Source: Callorhinchus milii
Taxonomy: Eukaryota
Reading direction: 5' to 3'
Assembly: GCF_018977255.1 (NCBI RefSeq)
Contig: NW_024704742.1
Span: 93,808,001-93,872,000, forward strand
Length of the DNA stretch: 64,000 bases
Shown: in pieces, positions 41,652 through 54,366 of the stretch
Layout: each line of letters begins with the position of its first letter
How positions within the stretch are numbered: position 1 is the first letter of the stretch
Notes under the pieces: generated by a model
Told to the model about the DNA's origin: nothing
The model's input: only the letters and a program-made list of their open reading frames with translations
The model's database searches: none
Program-made: the position numbers and the translations under genes

Positions 41652-42871
41652 GCCCACAAAATATACAGTCAATTCGCTTTACAGTATATTCTGTAAACCG
41701 CTTTGAGATGTCTCAAAGACGTGATATGGCGCTACATCAAATGCAAGGATTATTATTATTATTATTATTTTGGGTTTGAGGACATTTTGGGACTTGAGGC
41801 TGACTCTTGGTGTAATACAACAACAACTTGCATTTATACAGCACCCTTCACACAGGATAGTATCTCAGAGCACTCTATAGCGGAGGTAGATGCCAAGCAT
41901 CTAGCAATATTAGGGGGAGGGGGAGGTGAGGAAGTACAGAAACATATGGTGTTTATCCTCTCTGGATGTGCTCTTCGTAACAAACACACAAAAGGATGAA
42001 TTTATTACCGAGATTTTTGGATTGCTCTATTCTTCTTGGATAAAACAATGGATCTACATCATGGGCTATGCATAGCTAAGACAATGACCGTGCACAGAAA
42101 AGAGCAGAAGATAATATTCTGATCCCTGTCTCGAAACCTTCCTTTCTATCTCAAGACCTTCCTTTTCAACTGTGCCTTCAGTTATCTTCCCACCTCCAAC
42201 CCCCTTGCTCTCCATCCCTCTCATATCCCAACCCACAGCTCTAGTGCAAACCCTTCATTGTCCAGTGCCTCCCAACATGAAAGGCGCTATACAAATACAA
42301 TTTGTTGTTGTTGTTGATAATAATAATCCTTGCATTTGATATAGTACCTTATCATGTCTTCGAGACGTCTCAAATCGCTTCACAGAATATACTGCAAAGT
42401 GAATTGATTATATTTTGTGGGCAGGCGTGGCGCACAGCAGTATGTCACAAACAGTCATGGATTGAATAACCAAATTATGACCAAATTGAATGATGATTAT
42501 TCTTCACACCTTTGATACAGAAAATATACACCGAATATATTACCGAACTACAGTAGGATCAATGATACAGATCACACATTAAATGAGGAAACATTTTAAT
42601 ACACTAATTATTGTCATTCTAAAGATCTACTATATTGTAAATTACTTTTGCAATAATAATCCCTCCAAAAAAACAAAACAATAATAAATTGGTTATTTTC
42701 AATCCACGACTGTTTGTGGGACATTGCTGTGCGCAATTGACTGCCGCGTTCACCCACAAATATACAGTCAATTCACTTTACAGTATATTCTGTGAAGCGC
42801 TTTGGGACATCTAGAAGATGTGAAAAGCGCTATATCAAATGCGAGGATTATTATTATTATTATTATTATTA
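41652..42871. mobile_element. Cluster of family A SINE fragments (41652-41769 +, 42317-42480 -, 42652-42871 +) and L2 tails (~41818-41930 -, ~42120-42316 +)
   Basis: Repeated cccacaaatatacagtcaattc / ggattattatt ends and aaggcgctatacaaatacaattt(gtt)n. Confidence 0.8.
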
Positions 42872-43599
42872 ATTCATAGAATATAAATATTCTACATAAA
42901 AGGTCATATATTCATTTAAAAAGATCAAATTCATAGAATATTTGTCTAGATTCTCCTCTAGTTCATAGAAAATCACATTAAGCCCTTAAACAATTGTTTG
43001 CGATCTCTTGGTAACTGTGTCTTTGGCCTTCCGCAATACCTGGTGTGAGGATGCCAATTTAATTCACTTTGACAACATCAGAGCAGGCAATGAGAGGATA
43101 TCTCCAAAATTTATGATTAACTTATTATTATTGTAAATATCCAAATGAGCCAATGGCCCATGGTAACAATGACAAGAGTGTGTATCCAGCTGTGGAATGT
43201 ACAATTCCTGCACCCAATGGAGCAACGCCAAATTGTAAAAAAGACATTTGAGAGCGAAAAAATAAAGAAACTCTAGAAGGATAAATAAAAGCCATACTGA
43301 TTTCTAGCAGGAAGTTAAATATGATCACAATCTCTTTTTATTGGACTATCATTCGCAGTAAACAATTTTGAAATAGATAATTTCACTCAGTGTCTTTCAG
43401 CTGGGAGCCAAAATAAATACTTAAACCTCATCCATCATATTTGCCTCTTGTGAAATTTTCCTGCAAACATTTTAAAAATTATTTTGTACCATGAACCTTA
43501 AGGATTCCGACCTTTCTTTGCAGTTTAATCAATACTACTACTAATAATTATAATTATCATTTAATAATTATTATTATTTAATTGTTATAATTTAATTAA

Positions 43600-44113
43600 T
43601 AATAATTCTTGTATTTGATGTAGCATTTTATCAAGTCAAAACATTTCAAAGCACTTCAGAGGATTTTATTGTAAAGTGCAGTGACTATATGCTTGTAAAA
43701 CAACAGCAAATTACATTTGTGTAGTGCTTTTCACATTGGGAGGATGTCCCAAGGTACTGGACAGTCAGGGATTTGTAAGTGAACATGGCAGCGAATTTGT
43801 GCACAGCAATGTCCCACAAATACCTAAGAAGTGAATCACCAATAGTGAATGAACTAGGGCTCATTGACCAGGACACTGGGAGAAATTCCCTTCACTTTTT
43901 AAATAATTTTATGGTATCTGTAAAGTCCACTTGTACAGGCAGACAGGATCTCAGTTTAATAGCTTATGCAAAGGACAGCACCTCGAACAATGTACTGCTC
44001 CCCTTGGAACTGCATTGTAGTGGCAGCCCAGACAATATACTCCAAATCCCGATGCAGTGCTTGAACCCAAAACATTTGACGGACGCAAAAGTGTTACTAT
44101 CTGAGCCAGGCTG
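43600..44113 (-). mobile_element. Family B SINE with a short L2 tail inserted at ~43698-43770
   Basis: SINE tail 43600-43697; aacaacagcaaattacatttgtg L2 tail; body resumes gcacagcaatgtcccacaaa...ggacactgggagaaattccc...ctgagccagg. Confidence 0.72.
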
Positions 44114-45498
44114 ACACCTGAAATTGAAGTAGTGACATTGTGGTGAAAATGATTAAACAACGTGTGAGGTTCAATATGATTAGAATGGTACCACAGCATT
44201 GTTGTCAGCCAAATATTGCTTAAGTGAAAGGTTCGCTACAATACAATAGAAAATTACATTTGTAAAGCGTCTTTCACATCAGGAGGACATCCCAAGGCTC
44301 TGAACAGCCAGGGATTAGGACCCAAAAATGGGAGGAGGGGGGGTATTTCCAATAACGGATATAGGGTTGACTTTATCCAATTGCGGCATTACTCTAGAAA
44401 GATTTTGAAGCTGTGTTTGTAGTTCAATTGTCCTAATTGCTAACATTATAAGTAATTACACACAAAATATGGTGAAGCCATTTGTTCCTTTTGAAGTCTT
44501 AGGGATGACAATATAAACCTTATTGCTTTCAATATACATTTAATAATGTTAATGTTTGGATATAATACCAAATTCTTTGAGCCACCTCAGACCATTTATT
44601 GAGCTAATAATATTTAATGCTATGTAATTTACAAATTTAAATAATCAACTTGACTATTCTCAAGAATGGTCTTTTTGTAACAATGTGCCAAAGATTCAAT
44701 AAATGGCCAATATTTTGTGCCACAACAAAATCCTGGGACATGCCAGCAAAAGATTAACAGAAATTGAACTTTGAGTACAGTTGCATATTATATAAGAACA
44801 ACAACTTGCATCTATGTAGTGCCCTTCATGCAGGGTAGTGTCCCAGATTGCTTAATAAATATAAAAGCATATTAAAAATTGGTTTCTGCATTTTAAGTGA
44901 TTTAGAAGTATAGTAATACTTGCTTAATGCATTTCGCACTGTACTGTTGTAGGAACTGCAGAATAGGAAGTTGATTGAAGGGTGAGACCATAGACTCTTT
45001 CATCTGGCCTGGAGCAGACCTATTACTATTCCAACACCATCACCTACTGCTTCAGAAACGATGCTGATTATCTTGTCCTCTGCAGCTCTGAAGAGTCACT
45101 TCCCAACTGAACCAGTCAGCAATGGGGAGAGAATCTACTGTTGCCAATGATACACTGGCACTTAGTTAACACCCTGGGCTGGAGCCTCTCATTAGGGAAT
45201 CTTCAATTAGCCCTGACTCATCCCAATCAAGTTTGAAAATGTGACATTCATCCACTCAGAACTTGTACGTTTATTCATCAGGAAGCAGCATTTCTTGCCT
45301 GAATAAGAGCATTCTGTCAAGAAACAGGATATGAAAAGGATGGTGTGGCCTATTCATTACGCAAATGTCAAAGCGAAAGATAATGTATTTATCCAGGCAG
45401 AGATTACTATGAGAATGTCTAACAAATACATTTTTTAAACAAAAATGTTAATGTCACAATTAGCAGATAAATAAAAAAAATTCTATAACAATCATTAT

Positions 45499-46886
45499 CA
45501 GAAGAATACTGAAAAATACATTAGTTTTCAATTATGGAGCGTGTGGAAGCAGGTTGGATCTAATACTGGTCTCCACGGTTGTTAATATAAGTAATATAAC
45601 TTATATATAAGTTAATATAAGTGCATATGTCTTGTTGGCTAGTGCTACTCTAGTTTGGTTTCTGATTATATGTAACAGTTAGCTGTTATCGTAGAGCATG
45701 CACTGAATTCAAATGGCAGTAAAGTAATTTGCCGAGATGCAAATTTTTTCCCTCCTTCTTTCCCTTATGAAAACATTCTGACTCCTGTTTCCTTCCAACA
45801 GAGTAAGATTTCACAGGCACCAGTCACCCAAGTGGCCAAATGGCAAGTGGATGTGATCTGAAGACAGGCAAGGACAAGGCAAGATAGAGGGATTGAGTCA
45901 GAGCATTCCAGATTGTGGGCCATGGCGGTTGAAAGCACAGCCACTGATGGTGGAGCAAAGGGGATGAGGGATGTACAGGAGACCAGAGACAGCTGAGCGA
46001 AGGGGTGGGCGGGATAGAGGAGTCTGGATGATCTGGGTGCAGCATCAAATGGTGCTTTTCCTACTAGGCTATTTGTGTAGTTAACCACCACCTTCTCGCC
46101 CTGCACCCGAAAACAGGTAAACGAAATGAAAGTGCAAATATTCACTATGCTTTGTCAAAACAAATGACTGGACAGAAAATAACTAAAGATCTCAATATCC
46201 CATCATAATAAATTTGAAATCCATTGCAAGGAAATGTGAATTTAGAAAGAGTGAAAAGATGCTGCTGTTCCCTGACTATCTAGGGATCTAAACTAAATGG
46301 TAGTTGCTTAGAGAAAAGATGCATCACACAATGGTGTGATGTAAATTCTCTGGTTCTAACAGGAGTTGAAAGCATTTCTGGTTGACTATGGAGATCCCAG
46401 AAAACAGTATAACAACAGAAATTATCAAATACTTAATGGAACATAATGTTCTTGTGCTAGTATGTTAGGGAATTAGATTGGTATCTATGGAGGGAATAAA
46501 TGGTTGAAAAGTGGGGATGTGACGTGAATGCATATCCTGAAGGTTTGCTTGATAACATTTGGAAATTGGGGAGCGTATTTCACAAAAGGTTCCCTCAGGA
46601 GATGAAGTGGGTAGAATTTCTGATGGGTAACTGCCCGGTTCTAATTCCATGCTTTATTATGATTTTTTTTGAAATTTTATGTGTTTCCCTGACAATTGAG
46701 TTCAGTGCATACCCTACACAACGACTAACTGTTACACATAATCAGAAACCGAACTAGAGTAGCACTAGCCAATAAGACATATGCACCAATAGAATTATAT
46801 TAACAACTGTGCAGACCATCATTAGAAGCAACCTGTTTTTGCATGCTCCATAATTGAAAAATAATATATTTTTCATCATTCTTCTG
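45499..46886. mobile_element. ~1.39 kb element bounded by ~200-220 bp imperfect inverted repeats (probable non-autonomous DNA transposon); contains an L2 piece at ~45860-46040
   Basis: 45499-45720 is the reverse complement of 46688-46886, e.g. gtgcatatgtcttgttggctagtgctactctagtttggtttctgattat vs ataatcagaaaccgaactagagtagcactagccaataagacatatgcac. Confidence 0.75.
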
Positions 46887-49384
46887 TGGATCGAGGCAAT
46901 GGGCCAGAAGTAACTTGTCCTGTATGGTGGATAGAAGTGTAGTTCTGGTGTTCAAGGAACTTTGTGATCTCAAAGTAGATTAAGGGAAGGAGGAGTTTTA
47001 TAACAATGATTGAAAAAGCTTGTAATCTGCTTCCAAACTGTAGAGCCACGAAAGCTACAATATGCAGAGTGGATTGTGGTTTAGTCCATTTGGTTTGGTT
47101 ACTGTTAGTGCCTTGTACTTCCTCTGGGAGGCGAAGTTTGAGATCGACATTTGACTGCATTCATCGTGGGGTTTGGGATGGAATGGGTGTCTTCCAATTA
47201 GCTTCACCTAAGTCACCCCCATTCCAGCTTGCAGCCTTGCCCGGGTAAAAGGAACAACATTACACTGAACAAATGCATGTCATTTACTAAATATTATTGC
47301 AATTAACGTTAACGTTACTCCAAATAGCAAATGACTGAACGTGTTTTTCTCTCTCTACTCATGTTGAATTACCTCAGTGTCTTTGTCAATCTCTGTCAAT
47401 CTCCTGCTGAAGTGTTGCCACAAAACATTTCCATTTGGCCACCCAAGCTCAACCACTGAGGTCGCAGGCCAGAAACTGGGGAATGATCTCTGGCTGATAA
47501 TAAGCCTGCTAACTGCTGGCCCCTGCTAACTGGTGGAACATTTGATTTGTTTAAAAAAAGAGTCAATTTAATGAAATTATACAGCAAAATACATTGGTAT
47601 GTCTGCGCAGGTAATATCCAAATCACTATAGCCGGATTACACTGAGGAAATAGGACATTTTAATAGCCTGGTTTATTCAAATTGCAAGGAAACGAATTGC
47701 ATTCAAATGGGAATAAATGTGGATTCATCGTTGTCATTTTCCTCTGACTGTCTTCTTATCTAACAGAGGGATTACATCCATAGATCCAAACCAATAGTAT
47801 GACACTGGTGGCATTTGTTTTCACTTTAAAGCAAACGTGGAAGAGATCTTCATAATTAAGAGTAAAAGAACACGCTGAATGCCTGAGTCACAGTGAAACC
47901 CTATATTCGCCACGAAGGAAATCTGAGTCACTGAATGGCTGTTTATGTTTTCTTTGGGAGACAATAAGGACTATAAATTCCTATTGATAAATACCATTGC
48001 ACTGGCCATTCCTGATCCCTCGTCAGTATAAATTGGAGGACAGTAAGCAGGAGACAGCAGGATATATAGTATATTCAGTCACGACTGATGCATATAAACA
48101 GGACAAACAATAAGGATGGTGTGGTCTATAATTGGCCACCTGACTTGCCTCTGGTTCACTGTTAGTCCATATGTGTTTAACTTAAATCAGTTACTACAGA
48201 TTGCACAGAATTATAATATTGACCTCTCTGGATGCTTTATGTCTCTCTCGCAAATGCACCCTTTATTATTTCCAGTCTCTTTGTGCACCCCCCCCCCCCC
48301 CCCCCCCCCCCCTCCTCCCCAACCCCCCACACTCTCCATAGGTGATTCTTTCATCTATCCCTCTCGCATGTGTTGCATTGCTTCGCACACACAGACATAT
48401 ATCTCGTTGTCCCCGTTTTCAGCGCTGTCTTTTTCTCTTAGTGTCTCATTTTCCGTTTCTGTCGTCCACCGATTGCTTTCCCTCTGCCTTTCACTCACTC
48501 GCTGTGTCTCGGTGTCTCATTCTCTTGTCTGTCTTCTCTCTCACCACACATCCTTTTTCTGTCTCTCTCACCACACACCCTCTTCTGTCTCAGACTCTCA
48601 CGAATATGCATACATCTTTTTTTCATTCTCTCGCTTGTCTTTCCACCTCTTGATATTGTATTTGTCACAGACACTTTTTATCTCCCGTGAGAAAATGCTC
48701 AAATAATGTCATGCATTCACTGCAATTTAACATATAGAACGTTTTAAGACAGAAAATATTGAAATGTGTTTGATAAACTGTACCAAATGGCATACTAACA
48801 AGTTTTGCCTTATGCACTGCACGTATATATATATATATATACCTTGAAAGATAGGTGGGGATTAAAACTACTCAAGATGTAAATTCCATTGCAATCAGTT
48901 CCTGACCAAGGTTTGGGAGTGTTTAAATTGTAAGAATATGTGTATTTAAACGGTTGTTTTGTCTTTCTCTCTGAGAACGTGGTGTTCACAAGAAAATATA
49001 AAGGACACTTCTCCCGAAATAATTATATCTGTGTAACTAGCCACGGTTGTTGTTTTTTCTTGGTTTTGGACAGATAATACAGAACAGTTTATTGTCTCTT
49101 TTATTTATTCCCCCCCCCCAAAAAAAAAAGAAAACTTTGGTGAGTGCACTTTCTGTCCCTTTTGCAAGTCAGTTGTGGGTGCTTTTCGGTGTGAGGGTGG
49201 GGGTGGGGGGGGGGTGGAGGGGGGATCCAATGTGCATTTCACAGCAACTGGTTTCTGAAAGGTTTGTGCTGCATTGGTTATTTACACAGCACTGATAGCA
49301 TTCCCGTTTAGTTTAGATTTTAGTTTAGTTTATTGTGGAAAGGGGAGGAGGAGGGGGTGTGTGTGGGGGGGTGGGGTGGGGGGG

Positions 49385-49400
49385 GGGGCGGTCACGTGAC
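49385..49400. promoter_or_regulatory. GC box followed by palindromic E-box GTCACGTGAC (USF/MiT-TFE type)
   Basis: ggggcg then GTCACGTGAC at 49391-49400, 27 bp upstream of the GLI site. Confidence 0.6.
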
Positions 49401-49427
49401 GGTGACAGGTCCTGCCTATTGAGAGCA

Positions 49428-49436
49428 GACCACCCA
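49428..49436 (+). promoter_or_regulatory. GLI binding site (perfect consensus)
   Basis: GACCACCCA immediately before the candidate exon 1a; PTCH1 is a canonical GLI target. Confidence 0.85.
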
Positions 49437-49439
49437 CCA

Positions 49440-49734
49440 CGAGGATCGAGCTGCTTAATAGAAACAGGCATGTAATTGTGAGACCTTCCAGCACACAGCA
49501 GAATGACTGCAACCTAGAAGGATTATTACACTCGCTGTTCCTTTTTTTCTCTCTCTCTCTCCCCCCCCTTCCCCAACCCCCCACCCCCCCCCCCAAAAAA
49601 AAATAACAAAAAAACACGCACACTTTTTTTTAAAACCTCGCGAAATAACACAAATCCTGCAGATCTTGAAAACATCAAGCAAAGTGAAGTCAGATCCACC
49701 AGAGATCGGGACAGGGGAAGCCTCGAGGAAGATG
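49440..49734 (+). other. PTCH1: Candidate PTCH1 alternative first exon (exon 1a-type) ending in a lone ATG; 5' boundary approximate
   Basis: GAGCTGCTTAATAGAAACAGGCATGTAATTGTGAG reads ELLNRNRHVIV, like the recalled N-terminus MELLNRNRLVIV of human isoform L'. Ends aagATG|gtgagt (consensus donor 49735-49740); splicing to exon 2 gives MGKATGRK. Confidence 0.7.
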
Positions 49735-49762
49735 GTGAGTAAAGATTATACCTTTCGTTGTG

Positions 49763-49798
<36 letters not shown>

Positions 49799-52575
49799 TG
49801 TGGCTCTCTCTCTCTCTCTCTCTCTCTGTTGGAGTGAAATCTTGGCAGATGGCATGGACTTGTTGTGTTGTGTTACTGATATAGTTAATTCAGCTCCTGC
49901 GGCTGCAGCTCACGGTGGGGTTACTGTGGTTGGGTGGTGGAACAGTGTTGCTGTGCATCAGAGGGGTGATTTTGTTTGGACACTGTTATTCGAAAGCCCC
50001 CCCCGTGCTAGGGCTTGGCTGGGGGTTTAATGCAAAAAGCTGACAGATCCGGGGGTCCCCAGAATCCCCTCTAACCCATTTTCACGGTCTGAAGTGTTGC
50101 CGTCCAGCCTTCCTCTTATAGAGACACAGCAGTGGGACAAAAAAAAATCTCTGATCACTGCTGTCTCATAGCATGAAAAAGACAACTATATCCCCCCCCC
50201 ACCTCCCCCCCCCCCCCCCCCCCAACAATCAACATCTGCAAGAAACGAGCCACACATACGGCACAAGACTGTTTTCGTTGAACAATTTTCGATTTACACA
50301 GAGTTTTTCTTTTCATCCACTCGCTGTGTTTGAACTCCCCCAAAGTTAGGAGGTTACTGTTCAACAGTAAAGAGTCTTTTTTTTACGAGGGGGGGGGAGG
50401 GAGAGAGGGGGAGAGAAATAATCTCCTCGACCAGCCCGTCCATCAATTTAATTCAAAAACGTGGGCGATGGAACAAACTGCATCTTCAAAGGTGGACAAA
50501 AAACGCATTAACGAAAGGTCATTTATCTCTGATCAAAGGCTACTGAATAAAGTGGGAATCGAGTAATTATACTCCAAGCCCAGTTCCCTTGGAAAAAAAA
50601 TGTTGCCATTCACCACGAAAAGTGTTGGTGGAGATCAGTGCGTATAAAGAAATGTCTCAATCTTTCTCATTTTCACTTAAATAGTTCTTTTTTTTCTTAG
50701 ACATCAACCCCCACCCACCCTTTTATTTTTTTGCTGGTAATAGTCCTATTGAGTGATGTAGGCGTGAGGTGTAAACCGGATTAGCAGTCAAAGGGTGAAC
50801 ACAATGAGGCCGAATTGTTTTACTTCCTTTCATTTCTCACGCCTATATCTAATAAATTTGTTGCTACAGCGGCAGGTCAAAGGATCGTGTCGCCAATCGT
50901 GTTCGACAAGACGTGATGCTAAGTTGTCAAATGAATGACCACTGAAATGATTAAAATTACTTACTGAAAGCAGGATCTGCACTGTGTGTGTGTGTGTGAG
51001 TGAGAGAGAGAGTGTGTGTGTGTGTGTGTGTGCTGCCAGTCTGTATGCGTCTCTGTGCTGTAACCCTAATTTGGTGTCCATGGTTCTCCTTTTAGCTCGA
51101 TCAGGGGTAATTACTTGCATTATTTTGACAGTTTTTGTGAGTAACGCTTCCAGTCTCTCCCTAACACCCCCCCCCACCACCCACCCACCCCCAGCCCACA
51201 CACCTCCATCGTGTGTGGGAGAAACAGGGGGGGGGGGGGGGGGCGTGACGTGCTGAAACCAGTTACAAAAACAAATGTGAGTGCTGTGTTTAAAGTTTCA
51301 CTGAAAAGCAATCTATGCATGTACTGGTTGAAAATGTAAACTTTTTACAAAGATTCACAAAGACCAACACACGAATGTGATAAACAATCGTATGCATCCA
51401 TATGGGCAGTGATTGGAGTTTATATAGACTCAAACTCAAAAAGATAATTCTACACACAGGGGTGAGTTACTGTGGAATTTAATGTGTTTTCTCCCTCCAA
51501 AGTGTTTTCTTTTTAAAAAAAACTTTAAAAGGTCAGCCAATATTAAAACAAACAATTGCCTGATATGCATCCAACTGAAAATTAAACATTTGTGAATCGG
51601 CTTCAAAGAAACAGCACTTGTAAGGTTGGAAACTATGCCAAATGTCTGCATAGTAAGTTAGGTTTATTGAAAATAAAATGAGCAGTGTCAGTCAATGAGT
51701 CACTTCACCATGTGTGTAACGTTGCCGCCAGACTTACTTGTTGGAAGAGTCCAATGTAAAGTGTGTTTGCAAGTATTTGCTCACTGGCAGGGCGAAAACG
51801 CGAGGTATTGTACAAGATAGACCCAGGGCAAGGCGGACAGATAAAGAGAAAGCCATTATCTACACATTGGATAGGCAGATTAAACAAGGAAATAGTTAGG
51901 ATGTGTTATTTACAAGTCACACAAGTTCCTGTAAATATATACAATGGGGCGATTGGGAGATAAGATATTGGTAAAACTGATCATTTCGATGGCTTTAACA
52001 TTGAAAAAGTTTTATTTTTTTAAATTTAAATCAGTGTCCATCGGTGGGTTGCACCAAACCACATCGTGCTATTCGAGTGTTTATCAAACAATTCAAAGTA
52101 TAGGTTTTATACCTATGTCTGTTTAACTAAATTTCAAATTCCAGACCAGAATTATGTTAAAAGGACTACATAGTGTAAAACGAACTTTGCCCTTCAATGC
52201 ACGGATGGTTGGGTGAATCATCCAATTGGGTAGAAATGATAATAAAACAATGTTACAGAAATAATGGGTGAAACACAGCAAGGAAGCTAACTGCATTGGC
52301 TGGTTGGTCGTGCTTTGTGATGCCCAACTGACATATAAAATTGATGAAATCCGTTTGAAAACGTTTCTGACCACGATGAGGAGACCTTTGGTGATTTGTT
52401 GAAGTTAACAAAACCGGGCGTCGAGAGCGCGGTTTACATGAGCAAGACATGCATATTAAAGCCAACAATGCTTCCAAATGTAAATAAGCCGAGATTGATT
52501 ACGAACAACATTATGGTTTCGGGATGGAACACTCGCATGCATTAGCAATGAGGCAAATTGGGGGCATCCATAGAT

Positions 52576-52584
52576 GACCACCCA
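52576..52584 (+). promoter_or_regulatory. GLI binding site (perfect consensus)
   Basis: GACCACCCA in unique, CpG-containing sequence between the two PTCH1 promoter regions. Confidence 0.75.
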
Positions 52585-54267
52585 AGTAGAGACCTGGAGC
52601 TCACACTTTTTCTCCAGCCATACAGAAGCCAGGGTAATTGTATGCCAAATGTACTCCATTCCCCGGTGCTGTTAATGCAGCTAATCTATGGGAAAATTGG
52701 TCTAAAACGCACTTATCCCACCTTTTTAAACGATCATCCATCCATATAATAGGCTGCGAAGAACGCAGTGATATTGGCTCCTGGAGGTTTTATTATCGAT
52801 GGTTCCCGAATGCTCACAACTGTTCTGTTTTTATCACTGATCAAATGCTCTACACATCACAGACATGCAGAAAAAACAGTCTTTACATCTGCCAATGGTG
52901 AGTGAAGGAGTGGGGGGTTGATCCTTGTGACTGTTAGATAAAAGCTACCAGCCAGTGTTTGTACAGGTATTGCTAAGTGTCTTTAAAATCTCTTAACTTC
53001 TTAGGACCCAATGCTCAATTTCGGTTCAATCTCCCACTTTCAGAGTCAACTAATCATAGATATCGCTGATGAATCCTTTTAAATCTCTCAAAGGGGGGCA
53101 GTGGATTCATTATATGAAATGAAATGAACTGCAAAACAAATCTTGGCAGTTTGGATAAAGACTTATTTTAAATTCACGCGTATATAAACCGTTCTCTTAA
53201 ATAATTCTTGCATTTTAAGTCAGGAGGACGTCTCAGCGCCTACCTTTGATTGTGTAAAATTAAAATTAATTATGTTTAGCTTTGCTTTGATTCCACTGTC
53301 TTGAAATTGGGGGCTGCTTTCTTTGTCCAAATTGCATCTGTTATGCATGATTTTTTAATGATGAATATTATCAAGGCAAAATGAAATTTGAAGTTAGCAT
53401 AAAGTTGAATCTATGGTCACATCTAGAAAAACACTGTCATAATAAATGCTGATTCGTAGAATGAGCTTGTTTTAAATCAATACATTCATTTTCTGAGTGT
53501 CTTATTTCATTGCAATACCGATTGTTGTCTCTAAGGGGCGAAGTATAAAAGGTACAATATGGGTGGGAATGGGTACAACCATATGATGTATTAATTACTA
53601 GTGTGATAAACGATACCTTGTCACATTATTGTTTAGGCTAGAAGGGTGGATATTGATAATATTTAAATTGTATCTGATTATTTGGGAGCAATATTACTTT
53701 CACAAAATAATTAGGAACATTAATGCCCACCCAAGATATAAACCACTGTTATCAAATAGCCATAAGGTGAATGAAACTACTGCCAATATAAACTGAAATA
53801 AACATTTTGCACTTATCACAATTGTGCTTATTAAATGGTCATTTGTAAAGTCAGTCATCTCCTTTAACTCAAATCGTATAAGAGAGCGAATGAATCTTGT
53901 CATTTGATTAAATAAAATGATTGCTTGAAATGTAAAATTGAACCTGATTTGAAGTAAAACGCGAAATATATTTTATTCATTGTGTTACATAGATTAAATA
54001 ATGTGCCAAATACCTTTAATACGTGAACTATGGTAAAGTTATTGTAATCGCTTTCTGTATTAATCATATCTATTAATTGTGTCATCATGTGCAGTGTTAT
54101 TCCAATGTAACGTCTGTTTCCGTCTGATTTTATGTTAAAAGTTTAAATACCAAATAAACAAATTCTACACTACCTGATTCAATGTTTGTCAACAATATTT
54201 CACGTAGTAACTACCGTGTGTTTATTGCTTCCCACGTTGAGTACAGTTATTGTGATTTAAAAAATAC

Positions 54268-54366
54268 AATAATAATCCTTGCATTTAATAAAGCGCATTT
54301 CAGGTCGAGAGGACGTCTCGAAGCGCTTCGCAGGAAATACTGCGAGGTGTAGTGACTGTGTATTTT
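54268..54366 (-). mobile_element. SINE 3' tail fragment inside the promoter domain
   Basis: aataataatccttgcatttaataaagcgc...gaagcgcttcgcagg...gtgactgtgtatt. Confidence 0.8.

Noticed and set aside
48116..48706. 196-aa ORF
   Set aside because: Low-complexity poly-C and CT-rich sequence with no recognisable domain.
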